Made by a program: the position numbers and the translations under genes
The notes under the pieces: generated by a model
Database searches by the model: none
What the model was told of the DNA's origin: nothing
The model's input: the letters and a program-made list of their open reading frames with translations, nothing else
Assembly: GCA_963815455.1 (NCBI GenBank)
Contig: CAWFGO010000002.1
Span: 160,001-224,000 of the forward strand
DNA length: 64,000 nt
Direction: 5' to 3'
Source: an uncultured Verrucomicrobiae bacterium
Lineage (GTDB): Bacteria > Verrucomicrobiota > Verrucomicrobiia > Chthoniobacterales > UBA10450
Part shown: positions 20,434-30,115 of the stretch, piece after piece
How positions within the stretch are numbered: position 1 is the first letter of the stretch
Layout: each line of letters starts with the position of its first letter

Positions 20434-21451
20434 TTTCCCGGCGATCGGTCCTGGCTGTGCACGAAATCATCGTGCCACCGGTTGTTGGCTGCTCAATCTT
20501 CAGTTCGCCACCTGTCAATCGGGCCCGACAGTCCATGATAGCGAGGCCCATTCCCGTCTTTTCACCACGGTTGGAAATGCCGACGCCGTCATCCAGGACG
20601 CCCAAGGTCAAACGATGATCCGCAGCGTCGAGCGAAATGGCGATGTTCCTCGCTTTGCCATGCCTCGTTGCGTTATTGATCGCCTCCTGCGCGATCCGAT
20701 AAAGGTGCGTCGCGATACGCGCATCACAGTTCGCCAACTCACCGCGAAACTGGAATTTGCAAGTGACCCCGTGTAGTCGAGTGACCGACTGCGCGAGCGA
20801 CTCGAGCGCCGCGGAAAGCCCCACATTGCCCACATGCGCCGGAATAAGCCCCCGCGCCAGATCGCGCGTTTGCACAACCGCGTCCTGGAGCAGCCTGGCC
20901 ACTTCATCTGCTGCCTTGGCCTCGGCCGGCAACTGCAATTGTTGCAAGTCGTCGCGTAATGACGTGGCAGAGCAGGTGAGCGCGGCGAGATATTGGCAGA
21001 GTCCATCGTGCAAATCCCGCCCAATCCGGCGCTGCTCCGCGTCGCTGATATTGACGATCTGATGCTCCAATCGCTGGGAACGCTCCAAGAGCGCGATGCG
21101 ACCCGCGGCGATTTCGCTTTTCGCCTTCAAGGCCGAGCCTACCAAAGCGATCACCAGGCACGTTCCCAAGTGCCGTGCAACCTCCCAGCTCTCCGTCCAT
21201 CCGCTCAAATCTGGATCATGGCTCATCCAGTCGGCTGCCAACGAAACCAACCCTCCAACAAGGCCACCAACTATCCCCATTTTCTTGCCGCAAAACCAGG
21301 ATATTACAAAAACCGGAGCCGCATAGAATGGCAGAAGCCGAATCTCGTACCCGGTGATGATATCGAGTATTCCGATCACCACCAGCAACGCCACCATCTC
21401 GGCAACAATAAAGGCGCGCGGCTGCTTCGAAAAAGCCTTGGATAAACTCAT
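20414..21451 (-). CDS. Membrane sensor histidine kinase (HisKA_3 type)
   Basis: N-terminal TM helices, EQRRIGRDLHDGLCQ, YRIAQEAINNA, DDGVG, GMGL. Confidence 0.92.
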   Translation of the reverse strand: MSLSKAFSKQPRAFIVAEMVALLVVIGILDIITGYEIRLLPFYAAPVFVISWFCGKKMGIVGGLVGGLVSLAADWMSHDPDLSGWTESWEVARHLGTCLVIALVGSALKAKSEIAAGRIALLERSQRLEHQIVNISDAEQRRIGRDLHDGLCQYLAALTCSATSLRDDLQQLQLPAEAKAADEVARLLQDAVVQTRDLARGLIPAHVGNVGLSAALESLAQSVTRLHGVTCKFQFRGELANCDARIATHLYRIAQEAINNATRHGKARNIAISLDAADHRLTLGVLDDGVGISNRGEKTGMGLAIMDCRARLTGGELKIEQPTTGGTMISCTARTDRRENEIAAA

Positions 21452-21626
21452 CTGGTAGGACCCGTAAGAGCTTTTTGAATATTACCAATCTCGCCATCAG
21501 AACGACAGATGATTTTTCAGAGGTCCATCCGGCCATCTCCCCTTGCCCTGTCGCTGCCTTTTCGAACCGGGGCCAGTTTCGAGGCCACGGGATAGTGACA
21601 GCGACGTCAAACCGCGTTTCCGACCG

Positions 21627-23783
21627 TCACTTTTTCTTAAATACTTCAACCGCATTCCAGGCTTCATCCGGCGGTTGCTGCTCGTATTCCAGCGCGCGAT
21701 CGAGATACATCTTGGCCAGGAAATCGTCGGGATAAAATTCGAGGAAACGCGACAATAAAATTTTCGCTTCCTTGAAATCGCGGGCCCGAAATTTCAGCAG
21801 CGCTTCTTCGTAGGTCTCGAGCCATTTCAACAATTCAGGATCGACACTGTCCTTTCGGGCGCCGATCAGAGTGAAAATGTCCACCGGCTCGGTCTTGCCC
21901 TTTACCTGGGCCCGGGCGACCGAGCGCAAATGGAATTCATCGCGCACGTTTTCCGCCACGGTCGGACCGAGGAGAATGTCCACACTGTAAACGCGGGTCA
22001 ATCCTTCCAGCCGCGAAGCCAGATTAACGGCATCGCCGATCACGGTGGGATCGAGCCGCTCATGCGGCGCATAGGAACCGATATTGCCGATCAGCGCTTC
22101 GCCCTGGTTGATCCCGACCCCGAATGCGAGCTGGTTGACCCCTTCGGATTTCCACGCCTCGTTCAATTTGCGCATCTCGGATCGCATCCCGAGCGCGGCG
22201 CGCACTGCTGCTTTACAGTCCTGGGCTACCCCGTGACTGCTCACATTCCCCCAAACCGCCATGATGGCGTCGCCGATGAATTTATCGAGCGTGCCGCCGT
22301 TATCGAAAACCATCGGCACCATGCAGCTGAGATAACGATTGAGCTGTTGCACGAGCGCAGCCGGGTCGGCCTTCTCCGATAGACTGGTAAACCCGACGAG
22401 ATCGGAGAAGAGAACCGTGACCGGTTTACGCGCACCGAGCAGGGAGCTGTAAAAGCCACCCGGATTTTCTAGGATCTCTTTGACCAGATTTTTCGAAACG
22501 TAACGTTCGAGGGTGCGCCGGGTGCGCAGTTTTTCGAGGCGCTCCAGCGTGTATTCTAGAGCGAGGCCCACCACGCCACTGAGAAGGAACGCCGTTAATG
22601 CCGGCACCACCATGATGAGAATACCCCAGTGATCGTAGAGGAAGCGCGACAGACCGAGATAAGTGCCACTGATCACGGTCAAGCTAATAAGATTAAGGGT
22701 GGCACGACGAACAATGGCCAGAACCACCCAGGCTAACAGGCCAAAAAAGACAATCGTGGCAAAGTCGACCCAGATCGACGTGTCATAAATGAACTCATGA
22801 TCGAGAAGAGCGGCCAGCGCGTGCAAGTGAATCACTGGACCGGGCGTTTCGGGGCTTATGGGTGTATCGAAGACGTCGTGTACAATCTGGGCTGACGACC
22901 CAATCATCACAATCTTGTCTTTGAAGAATTCACCGCTCTTGTAATTAGCCCGCCACAACGCAGGATCGAAAACTTCCCAAAGCTTGTATGGCAGGTAGGC
23001 GGAAGGATCGCTAAATCGAAAGATATGAGGTTTCAGGTCGCGCGGGATCGCGTCAGCTCGGCCCAGTTTAGTGGCCGCTCGAGCACTCAGCGACTCATAC
23101 GGAATTTCGTACGGTTCCGGCGGCTGCCGGGCCAGTTGCAGATCGGTCATCGTGTAACGCGCCGAACGGATCTTTTGATCGAGCGCATCGGGAAAGAAAA
23201 CAACGTACCCGACCCGATCGTCATCCAGTTGAGAGCCGACGCTACCGTCTGGGAGTCGCGGCGGCGGGATGATTGACGGACTTGGCGGAATTTTCTTGAC
23301 CTCACCAGTCTGCTGAAGGCCTAAGAAATCGAAGTTCGCGCCGATAACGACCTTGTCCCGATAGCGATCCAAAGCCGCTTGAAACTCGGCGTCTCCGTCA
23401 CCCGGTTTGTCGAAACTCATATCAAAAATGACCAGGCGCGCGCCCGACTGACACAATCGATCAAGCAGCAAGGCCCAAAACTCACGCGACCAGGGATACG
23501 GATGTGCCGTCATTAGTTGGAACGCGCGATTGCCCTTCACGTCCGCTGGATCAAACGGCTCAAAGGAAAGCGTGCTCTGATCGATCCCAAGGAAAACAAA
23601 ATCCTGATGCGTTCGGGTCTTACGTCCCTCTCTCCGAAGCAAATCCTCGAATCCCTGCTCGCTCCGCCACACCGTGGAGAGGAACGGAACACCGGCGGCA
23701 AAGTGCAAGCTAAGCACCAGCGCGGTGAAGAAAAAACAGATGCCCGCCAGGATCGACAATCGGTGCCGGTTGAGCCAATGCAC
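21627..23783 (-). CDS. CHASE2-domain adenylate/guanylate cyclase
   Basis: YPWSR and PGPVIHLH (CHASE2), TM helices, LFSDLVGFT, DKFIGDAIMA, GDAVNLASRLE. Confidence 0.92.
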   Translation of the reverse strand: MHWLNRHRLSILAGICFFFTALVLSLHFAAGVPFLSTVWRSEQGFEDLLRREGRKTRTHQDFVFLGIDQSTLSFEPFDPADVKGNRAFQLMTAHPYPWSREFWALLLDRLCQSGARLVIFDMSFDKPGDGDAEFQAALDRYRDKVVIGANFDFLGLQQTGEVKKIPPSPSIIPPPRLPDGSVGSQLDDDRVGYVVFFPDALDQKIRSARYTMTDLQLARQPPEPYEIPYESLSARAATKLGRADAIPRDLKPHIFRFSDPSAYLPYKLWEVFDPALWRANYKSGEFFKDKIVMIGSSAQIVHDVFDTPISPETPGPVIHLHALAALLDHEFIYDTSIWVDFATIVFFGLLAWVVLAIVRRATLNLISLTVISGTYLGLSRFLYDHWGILIMVVPALTAFLLSGVVGLALEYTLERLEKLRTRRTLERYVSKNLVKEILENPGGFYSSLLGARKPVTVLFSDLVGFTSLSEKADPAALVQQLNRYLSCMVPMVFDNGGTLDKFIGDAIMAVWGNVSSHGVAQDCKAAVRAALGMRSEMRKLNEAWKSEGVNQLAFGVGINQGEALIGNIGSYAPHERLDPTVIGDAVNLASRLEGLTRVYSVDILLGPTVAENVRDEFHLRSVARAQVKGKTEPVDIFTLIGARKDSVDPELLKWLETYEEALLKFRARDFKEAKILLSRFLEFYPDDFLAKMYLDRALEYEQQPPDEAWNAVEVFKKK

Positions 23784-24030
23784 AACGCCTAATATATATC
23801 AAAGCTGGCTAAAGCACCAGACTCCACGTCTCCTCCACCGGACGAATTCGCCGCCGTGCAAAATCGGTTGTCATTTTCCACCCGGCGTCTACTTTTCCCG
23901 CCCCACAAGCGATCCTTCCACCTACCCTGTGCACTGTGCGGGGTTATCGGCGAGCGAGGTCGGACGGATCGATAACAAAACAACAGCTCGCTGAAAGAGG
24001 AGTTCCCGCTGCGGCGGGGACGTAACAACG

Positions 24031-24408
24031 ATGCCAAGAGCCACTAATTCGCCCGCCAGCCGGGCCCGACGCAAACGCGTCATTAAATCCGCCAAGGGTT
24101 ATCGCGGTCGCCGGTCGAAACTCTTCCGCTACGCCAAAGACGCGACGATGAAAGGCAAATACTGGGCCTATCGCGATCGCAAGACCCGCAAACGCAATTT
24201 CCGCATGCTCTGGGTGCAGCGACTCAACGCAGCTGCCCGCGCCAACGGGATGACCTACAGCCGCTTCGCCGAAGGACTCAAAGCCGCCGGCATCGGGCTC
24301 GATCGCAAAATCCTTGCTGATCTGGCCGTCACGGACGAGGCCGCGTTCAAGTCGATTGTCGATCAAGCCAAGAGCGCCCTGGAAAAGAAAAATAAAAAAG
24401 CGGCGTGA
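24031..24408 (+). CDS. rplT: 50S ribosomal protein L20
   Basis: AKGYRGRRS, AYRDRK.RKRNFR.LW, LDRKILADLA. Confidence 0.98.
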   Translation: MPRATNSPASRARRKRVIKSAKGYRGRRSKLFRYAKDATMKGKYWAYRDRKTRKRNFRMLWVQRLNAAARANGMTYSRFAEGLKAAGIGLDRKILADLAVTDEAAFKSIVDQAKSALEKKNKKAA

Positions 24409-24470
24409 TTCGTTGAAACGATGAAGCGTTGCAGCGAATTCGCTTCAACGCTTAAACTCTTTAACGCTTC

Positions 24471-25484
24471 ATGCATCCACTCGAACAGCTACGCGACGAC
24501 GCTCTGCGCGAAATCGAATCCGCGGCGGATGAGAAATCGCTCGACACCGCGCGGGTGAAATATCTCGGACGCAGTGGCAGCATCTCGGCCTGGGGCGAAC
24601 AGATGAAGACCCTCGGCAAGGAGGAGCGGCCGATCGTCGGAAAACTACTCAACGAAGCGCGCATTGCCGTCACCTCGGCGCTCGATGCGCGCGCCGAGAT
24701 ATTCCGCGCCAAAAAAGAGAGCGAATCGCTGGCTAACATCGACATCTCGCTTCCCGGCACGCCGGCCGAGCGTGGCTCGTTGCATCCCCTCACCCAGATG
24801 CTCGATCGTGCGATCGATATTTTCCGGCGCATGGGTTTCGCCCTCGCTGATGGCCCGGATATCGAGACGGAATTCCATTGCTTCGACGCCCTCAATACGC
24901 CGGCCGACCACCCGGCGCGCAACGAGCAGGACACATTTTATCTTCCGGATGGCCGTCTCCTCCGGACGCACACTTCCACCGTTCAAATCCGAACCATGGA
25001 ATCGGCGCCCCCGCCGATTCGCGTGATCGCGCCGGGCGCGGCGTATCGCCGCGACGAAGTGGATGCGACCCACAGCGCCCAGTTTCACCAGATCGAGGGC
25101 CTCTACGTCGACGAAAACGTCAGCGTTGCGGATTTAAAAGGAACGCTCGAATTCTTCATGCGCGAACTTTTCGGTCCTGATACGGCGGTGCGCTTTCGGC
25201 CGCACTACTTTCCGTTCACCGAGCCGAGCTTCGAAATCGATGTCCAATCGAAAGCTCTCAAGGGCGGCGAGCAATGGATTGAAGTCTGCGGTTCGGGCAT
25301 GGTCCATCCAGCCGTGTTCGAAGAAGTAAATAAGGCGCGTGGCGATACCGCCTATGATCCGGAGAAATGGACCGGCTTCGCGTTCGGTCTCGGCATGGAT
25401 CGGCTGGCCATGATCCTGTTCGATATTCCCGATATTCGTCTCTTCGCGCAAAACGATCTGCGGTTTTTGAAACAATTCGCATGA
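24471..25484 (+). CDS. pheS: Phenylalanine--tRNA ligase alpha subunit
   Basis: HPAR..QDTFY, LRTHTS, FHQIEG, FPFTEPS, GFAFGLG. Confidence 0.98.
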   Translation: MHPLEQLRDDALREIESAADEKSLDTARVKYLGRSGSISAWGEQMKTLGKEERPIVGKLLNEARIAVTSALDARAEIFRAKKESESLANIDISLPGTPAERGSLHPLTQMLDRAIDIFRRMGFALADGPDIETEFHCFDALNTPADHPARNEQDTFYLPDGRLLRTHTSTVQIRTMESAPPPIRVIAPGAAYRRDEVDATHSAQFHQIEGLYVDENVSVADLKGTLEFFMRELFGPDTAVRFRPHYFPFTEPSFEIDVQSKALKGGEQWIEVCGSGMVHPAVFEEVNKARGDTAYDPEKWTGFAFGLGMDRLAMILFDIPDIRLFAQNDLRFLKQFA

Positions 25485-25500
25485 ATACGATTGGGCGAAC

Positions 25501-25617
25501 GGAAGACAGCCTGCCAGGCTGTCTCGGCGGGCAGGCTGCCAGCCTGCTGAATCGGCAGGTTGTTGAATCGACAGGCTGGCAGCCCGTCGGCCTAGACAGG
25601 CAAGCTGCCTGTCCTCC
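25501..25617. repeat. REPIN-like element (CAGGCTGCCAGCCTG family) between pheS and pheT
   Basis: ggaagacagcctgccaggctgtc ... gacaggcaagctgcctgtcctcc; same family as 3629-3776 and 45120-45238. Confidence 0.85.
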
Positions 25618-25620
25618 TTT

Positions 25621-28017
25621 ATGAAATTCTCCGTTAACTGGCTCCGCGAATTTGTCGATCTTCCGGCGAGTGTCGATGCGCTGGCCGAATTGCTCACGCT
25701 CGCCGGCGTCGAGATCGAAGCGGTCGAGCAACGCGGAGCGAACATTGACAACGTGGTTGTCGCGCAAATCACTGCTTCATCCCAACATCCCAACGCCGAT
25801 CGTCTCACTGTTTGCGAGGTCGATGACGCCAGCGGAGCGAAGCGCCAGATCGTTTGCGGAGCGAAAAATTACAAAGTGGGCGACAAAGTGCCGCTGGCGT
25901 TGCCGGGTGCGAAATTGCCTAACGGGCTGGAAATCAAGAAAAGCAAACTGCGCGGGATCGATAGCGAAGGGATGCTTTGCAGCCCCATCGAACTCGGGTT
26001 CGGTCAGGAAGCTTCCGGGCTCCTGATTCTGTCGCCCGAGGCAAAAATCGGCGCGCCGATTGTCGATCTTTTTCCGAGCGATACGATTCTCGATGTCGAG
26101 ATCACGCCGAACCGCGGCGATTTGTTAAGTCATTTCGGATTGGCCCGGGAGATTGCGGCACTGACTCGGTCGTCATTCCGAGCCCCGAAAGCTTTCGGGG
26201 TCGAGGAATCCCGGGGCAAAACGAAAAATAGCGCGGCAGGATCCCTCGACGTTGCTCGGGATGACCGTAACATTAAGATCACCGCGCCGCATGAATGCCC
26301 ATTTTTTTCCGCGCGCAGGATCGACAATGTCACCGTGGGCCCGAGCCCCGATTGGCTCAGGGCAAAGATCGAAAGCGTCGGAATTCGCTCAATCAATAAC
26401 ATTGTCGACATATCGAATTTCGTTCTGGCCGAGCTCGGTCAGCCGACTCACGCCTTCGATGCCGATAAACTCAAAGGCGGAATTAACGTCCGGCTCGCGC
26501 GCGCGGGCGAAAAATTCCTCGCACTCGATGGAAAAACATATTCGCTCGGGCCGGATAATCTCGTGATTGCCGACTCCGAACGCGCGATTGGAATTGGCGG
26601 GGTGATGGGCGGTGAGGAAACGGGCGTTACCGCATCGACAAAGAAGGTGTTGCTCGAGAGCGCCTACTTTTTGCCGTCCAGCATTCGACGCACTGCGCGC
26701 AGTCTGAATTTGCCAAGCGACGCCAGCTATCGCTTTGAGCGCGGAGTCGATCCGCAAATGGTCCTGCGCGCGTCGCAAAGGGTCACTGAATTGATTCGCG
26801 AAATCGCCGGCGGAAAACCCGCCAGGGATGTCGCGACTGCCGGCGAACTTCCCGCCGATCCGGCGGACGTCTCGTTGAGCTACAAAAAATGCGATCAGGT
26901 TTTGGGAATCGAAATCAAGCCGAAGGCAATCGATGAAATCCTCGAAGGCTTTGGATCAAACAAGCGCTCGAGCAAGAGCAAGAAGGACGGAGGATCGAAA
27001 TGGAAAATCCCGAGTTACCGGCGGGATTTGCAGCGCGATGTCGATCTTATCGAGGAAATCGTGCGGGCTTACGGCGTGCAGAAGATCGAGGGCACGGACC
27101 GAAGCCGGTTCACTCCGTCGAGCCCGGCCGATCGTGAATACGATCTGGAATCCGCAATGCGCCAAGACCTGGCCACCTACGGCCTTTCCGAAACGCGCAC
27201 ATCAAAACTGATTCCAAGAAATGCTTCGTCCTTCAGCGACAACGCGGTCGCGTTGCGTAATCCCTTGAGCGAAGAACATGTCGCGCTCCGTCCGAGCCTG
27301 ATCACCGGTTTGCTCGAAGTGCTCGAACGAAATGTCCGCGCCGGAGCGGAACGGGTGGCGATTTTTGAAATCGGCCGCGCGTTCATTCCGCCTTCGGGAA
27401 AAGAGGAACGGCATCTTGCCATTCTGCTGTGGGGCAAATTGTCAGCGAAACCGGATTGGCGATCGCAGAGCAGCCGGCAGCTCGATCTATTCGATCTCAA
27501 GAGCGCGCTAACCTCCGTCGTTCCGAACCTGTCGTTCCGAAAGACGAATAATCCGGACCTCGCCCTGGCGGTGGAAGTTTGGTCGGCCAATCGAATGATT
27601 GGGTTCGGCGGACAAATCTCCATGAGCAAAGCGAGCACCTCGGGAGCGGTCTTTGTGGCGGAACTGCACGCGGACCTTTTGCTAGAGCAGCACGAATCGG
27701 CGAATAAATTTCGCGAGATGGAGCGATTTCCCGCGGTCACGCGCGACATCGCCATGATTGTTGCTGAGAAAACCAGTCATGAAGAAATCGAGCGGGCGAT
27801 ACGCACCGTTCCAGAACCGCTCCTGGAGAGCGTGCAATTGTTCGATCTATTTGAAGGCGGGGAAAGTTCCGGTATCGGACCGGCACGAAAATCGCTCGCA
27901 TATTCATTGACATACCGTGACAAAACTCGCACACTCACCAGCGAGGAAGTGAGTGTGGCGCACGCGAAAATTCGCGAGCGATTGCAACGCGACCTCGGCG
28001 CAGAATTGCGCGAGTAG
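25621..28017 (+). CDS. pheT: Phenylalanine--tRNA ligase beta subunit
   Basis: MKFSVNWLREFV, HPNADRL, IVCGA, SEGMLCS, ITPNRGD, RFERGVD, DLIEEI, FPAVTRD. Confidence 0.98.
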   Translation: MKFSVNWLREFVDLPASVDALAELLTLAGVEIEAVEQRGANIDNVVVAQITASSQHPNADRLTVCEVDDASGAKRQIVCGAKNYKVGDKVPLALPGAKLPNGLEIKKSKLRGIDSEGMLCSPIELGFGQEASGLLILSPEAKIGAPIVDLFPSDTILDVEITPNRGDLLSHFGLAREIAALTRSSFRAPKAFGVEESRGKTKNSAAGSLDVARDDRNIKITAPHECPFFSARRIDNVTVGPSPDWLRAKIESVGIRSINNIVDISNFVLAELGQPTHAFDADKLKGGINVRLARAGEKFLALDGKTYSLGPDNLVIADSERAIGIGGVMGGEETGVTASTKKVLLESAYFLPSSIRRTARSLNLPSDASYRFERGVDPQMVLRASQRVTELIREIAGGKPARDVATAGELPADPADVSLSYKKCDQVLGIEIKPKAIDEILEGFGSNKRSSKSKKDGGSKWKIPSYRRDLQRDVDLIEEIVRAYGVQKIEGTDRSRFTPSSPADREYDLESAMRQDLATYGLSETRTSKLIPRNASSFSDNAVALRNPLSEEHVALRPSLITGLLEVLERNVRAGAERVAIFEIGRAFIPPSGKEERHLAILLWGKLSAKPDWRSQSSRQLDLFDLKSALTSVVPNLSFRKTNNPDLALAVEVWSANRMIGFGGQISMSKASTSGAVFVAELHADLLLEQHESANKFREMERFPAVTRDIAMIVAEKTSHEEIERAIRTVPEPLLESVQLFDLFEGGESSGIGPARKSLAYSLTYRDKTRTLTSEEVSVAHAKIRERLQRDLGAELRE
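26171..26265. repeat. GTCAT-type REP doublet lying in frame inside pheT
   Basis: cgtcattccgagc...tcgaggaatccc ... ggatccctcgac...gctcgggatgac; encodes SFRAPKAFGVEESRGKTKNSAAGSLDVARDD. Confidence 0.85.
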
Positions 28018-28101
28018 TTCTTTGAGAACGAGAGCCGTTCGTTGAGGGTTGGGCAGGAAACCAGTGCTTTTCTCTCAACTCTCTACCAACGGCTTTCAAA
28101 A

Positions 28102-28284
28102 TTTACCCTGCGATGTACGAGATTATCAGGTGGGATTCCCGAACCGATAGTTGATTAACTCAGGAGGCTCGGTCGCGCGCGGAACATGGCATGCCTTCAT
28201 TGGAAGTCAGACGACGCCGCGGCGGTCATCCGCTCGTTACCAAAAGGGAACGGGAGATCCGCCTAAACGGCAGAGTGGGGTAAA
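28102..28284 (+). ncRNA. ssrS: 6S RNA
   Basis: ~183 nt with complementary ends (tttaccctgc / gcagagtggggtaaa) and internal GAACC...CTCAGGAG, followed by a terminator. Lies downstream of pheT, a common 6S neighbourhood. Confidence 0.75.
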
Positions 28285-28294
28285 AATTTCGAAG

Positions 28295-28334
28295 AGGCCT
28301 GGATTGAATCATTGATCCAGGCCTTTTTTCTTTT
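28295..28334 (+). terminator. Intrinsic terminator after 6S RNA
   Basis: aggcctggat/atccaggcct stem followed by a T-run. Confidence 0.8.
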
Positions 28335-28363
28335 CCCAAAACCAAGGCCAAACGCCTTAACGA

Positions 28364-28466
28364 GTCATCCCGAACGAAGTGAGGGACCTCGCAGTCGCAG
28401 CAAGGATGCGCAAGTGATCAGAACGCATGGACCGAACGAGAGATCCTTCGCTTCGCTCAGGATGAC
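28364..28466. repeat. GTCATCC-type REP doublet
   Basis: gtcatcccgaacgaagtgagggacctc ... gagatccttcgcttcgctcaggatgac. Confidence 0.85.
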
Positions 28467-28521
28467 AATCTTTACTTGAGCGCTGGCCGTGGAGCGTTGA
28501 ACGTTGGGCGTTTTTGAAATA

Positions 28522-29658
28522 ATGAAAGCAACTCTCGCTCTCGAAGATGGCCGATTTTTCGAGGGGGAATCATTTGGCGCAACCGGCACGCGGGTCGGCG
28601 AGATTTGCTTCAATACCGCAATGACCGGCTATCAGGAAGTGCTGACCGATCCGTCGTATCGCGGCCAAATCGTGGCGATGACCTATCCGCTCATCGGAAA
28701 CTATGGGACTAATTCGCTCGACCAGGAGAGTCAGTCGCCGCATGTCCGCGGTTTTGTCATCGAAGAATTGAGCGAACTGCCGAGCAACTGGCGCTCGGAA
28801 ATGTCGCTCGATGAATATTTGCGCAAATGGGACATCCCAGGCGTGCAGGGAATCGACACCCGCGCGCTGACCCGGCATCTGCGAACGCGCGGTGCTATGA
28901 AAGCGTGTTTGACGACGGAGGAGATTTCTCCGGAGGAGGCAACGCGGCGCGCTGTCGAAGGCGCGGGTGTTATCGGAATGGATTATGTGCGCGAAGTCTC
29001 TGCCAAAGACAGTTATCAATGGGACACCGACGACAAACTAAGCGAGCCCTGGTCAATCAGCGCCGGCAATGGCGGAACAAATCTTCCGCCAATCCGGTTT
29101 CGGATTGTGGCTTACGATTACGGGATCAAACAAAATATTCTGCGGCTCCTGCGGCAGAAAGGTTTCGGCGTGACGGTGGTACCCGCATCGACAACCGCCA
29201 AGGAAGTGCTCGCGCTAAATCCGGACGGCGTTTTCCTTTCCAACGGGCCGGGCGATCCGTCGGCACTGCCTTACGCCCACAAGGCCGTGCACGATTTGAT
29301 GGGCAAAAAGCCGATCTTCGGGATTTGTCTGGGTCATCAAATCCTCGGGTTCGCTTTCGGAGGATCGACATTCAAATTAAAATTCGGACACCGCGGGGCA
29401 AACCAACCGGTCCAGGACTTGCGCAGCGGAAAGGTTGCGATCACGTCACAAAATCACGGCTTCGCAGTCGATCCCGAATCACTTCCGGCGGAGATCGAAG
29501 TGACGCACATCAATTTGAACGACGGCACTGTGGAAGGAATGCGGCACAGGAATTTGCCGATCTTCAGCGTGCAATATCACCCCGAAGCCGCGCCCGGCCC
29601 GCACGACGCATCCTATCTCTTCCAGCAGTTCGCCGAAGTAATCGAGAAGGAGAAATGA
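28522..29658 (+). CDS. carA: Carbamoyl-phosphate synthase small subunit
   Basis: [41 protein letters not shown]. Confidence 0.97.
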   Translation: MKATLALEDGRFFEGESFGATGTRVGEICFNTAMTGYQEVLTDPSYRGQIVAMTYPLIGNYGTNSLDQESQSPHVRGFVIEELSELPSNWRSEMSLDEYLRKWDIPGVQGIDTRALTRHLRTRGAMKACLTTEEISPEEATRRAVEGAGVIGMDYVREVSAKDSYQWDTDDKLSEPWSISAGNGGTNLPPIRFRIVAYDYGIKQNILRLLRQKGFGVTVVPASTTAKEVLALNPDGVFLSNGPGDPSALPYAHKAVHDLMGKKPIFGICLGHQILGFAFGGSTFKLKFGHRGANQPVQDLRSGKVAITSQNHGFAVDPESLPAEIEVTHINLNDGTVEGMRHRNLPIFSVQYHPEAAPGPHDASYLFQQFAEVIEKEK

Positions 29659-29700
29659 CAAATGGCTTTGACCGCGCGGAGAATCGGCCAAGGTTGTGTC

Positions 29701-30108
29701 ATGTATATCTCAAATCCAAATAATCCGGGCGTCTTCAAAATCGCGACTGTTTTAACAATTGTCGGGTCGCTGGCCATTGCGCCGCTGGCCCTGGCTCAGG
29801 AACACGAGCATGGCCAGGATGCGGCGGCATCAAAGGAAGTGAGCGGCGAAGTGGTCGATATGATGTGTTATGTCGATCATAACGCCATGGGCGAAAAACA
29901 TGGTCAATCTTGCGGGGCCAAATGCATCAAGAGCGGCGGCCCGGTCGGAATCGTGAGCGATGGCAAAGCGTATCTCGTCGTGGGCGAACACAAGCCGATG
30001 AACGATGAGCTTGCTGAATACTGCGGCAAGACCATCACGCTGAAAGGCAAGATGGCCGAGCGCGGCGGGATCGCGATGATCGAGAACGCCGAGATCGTTA
30101 AGAAATAG
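29701..30108 (+). CDS. Hypothetical exported protein with Cys/His motifs
   Basis: Signal peptide, HEH, VVDMMCY, H.QSCGAKC. Confidence 0.7.
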   Translation: MYISNPNNPGVFKIATVLTIVGSLAIAPLALAQEHEHGQDAAASKEVSGEVVDMMCYVDHNAMGEKHGQSCGAKCIKSGGPVGIVSDGKAYLVVGEHKPMNDELAEYCGKTITLKGKMAERGGIAMIENAEIVKK

Positions 30109-30115
30109 ATCGCAC

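Noticed and set aside
28827..29723. 298-aa alternative-frame ORF over carA
   Set aside because: Arg-rich shadow ORF typical of high-GC DNA, with no recognisable motifs.
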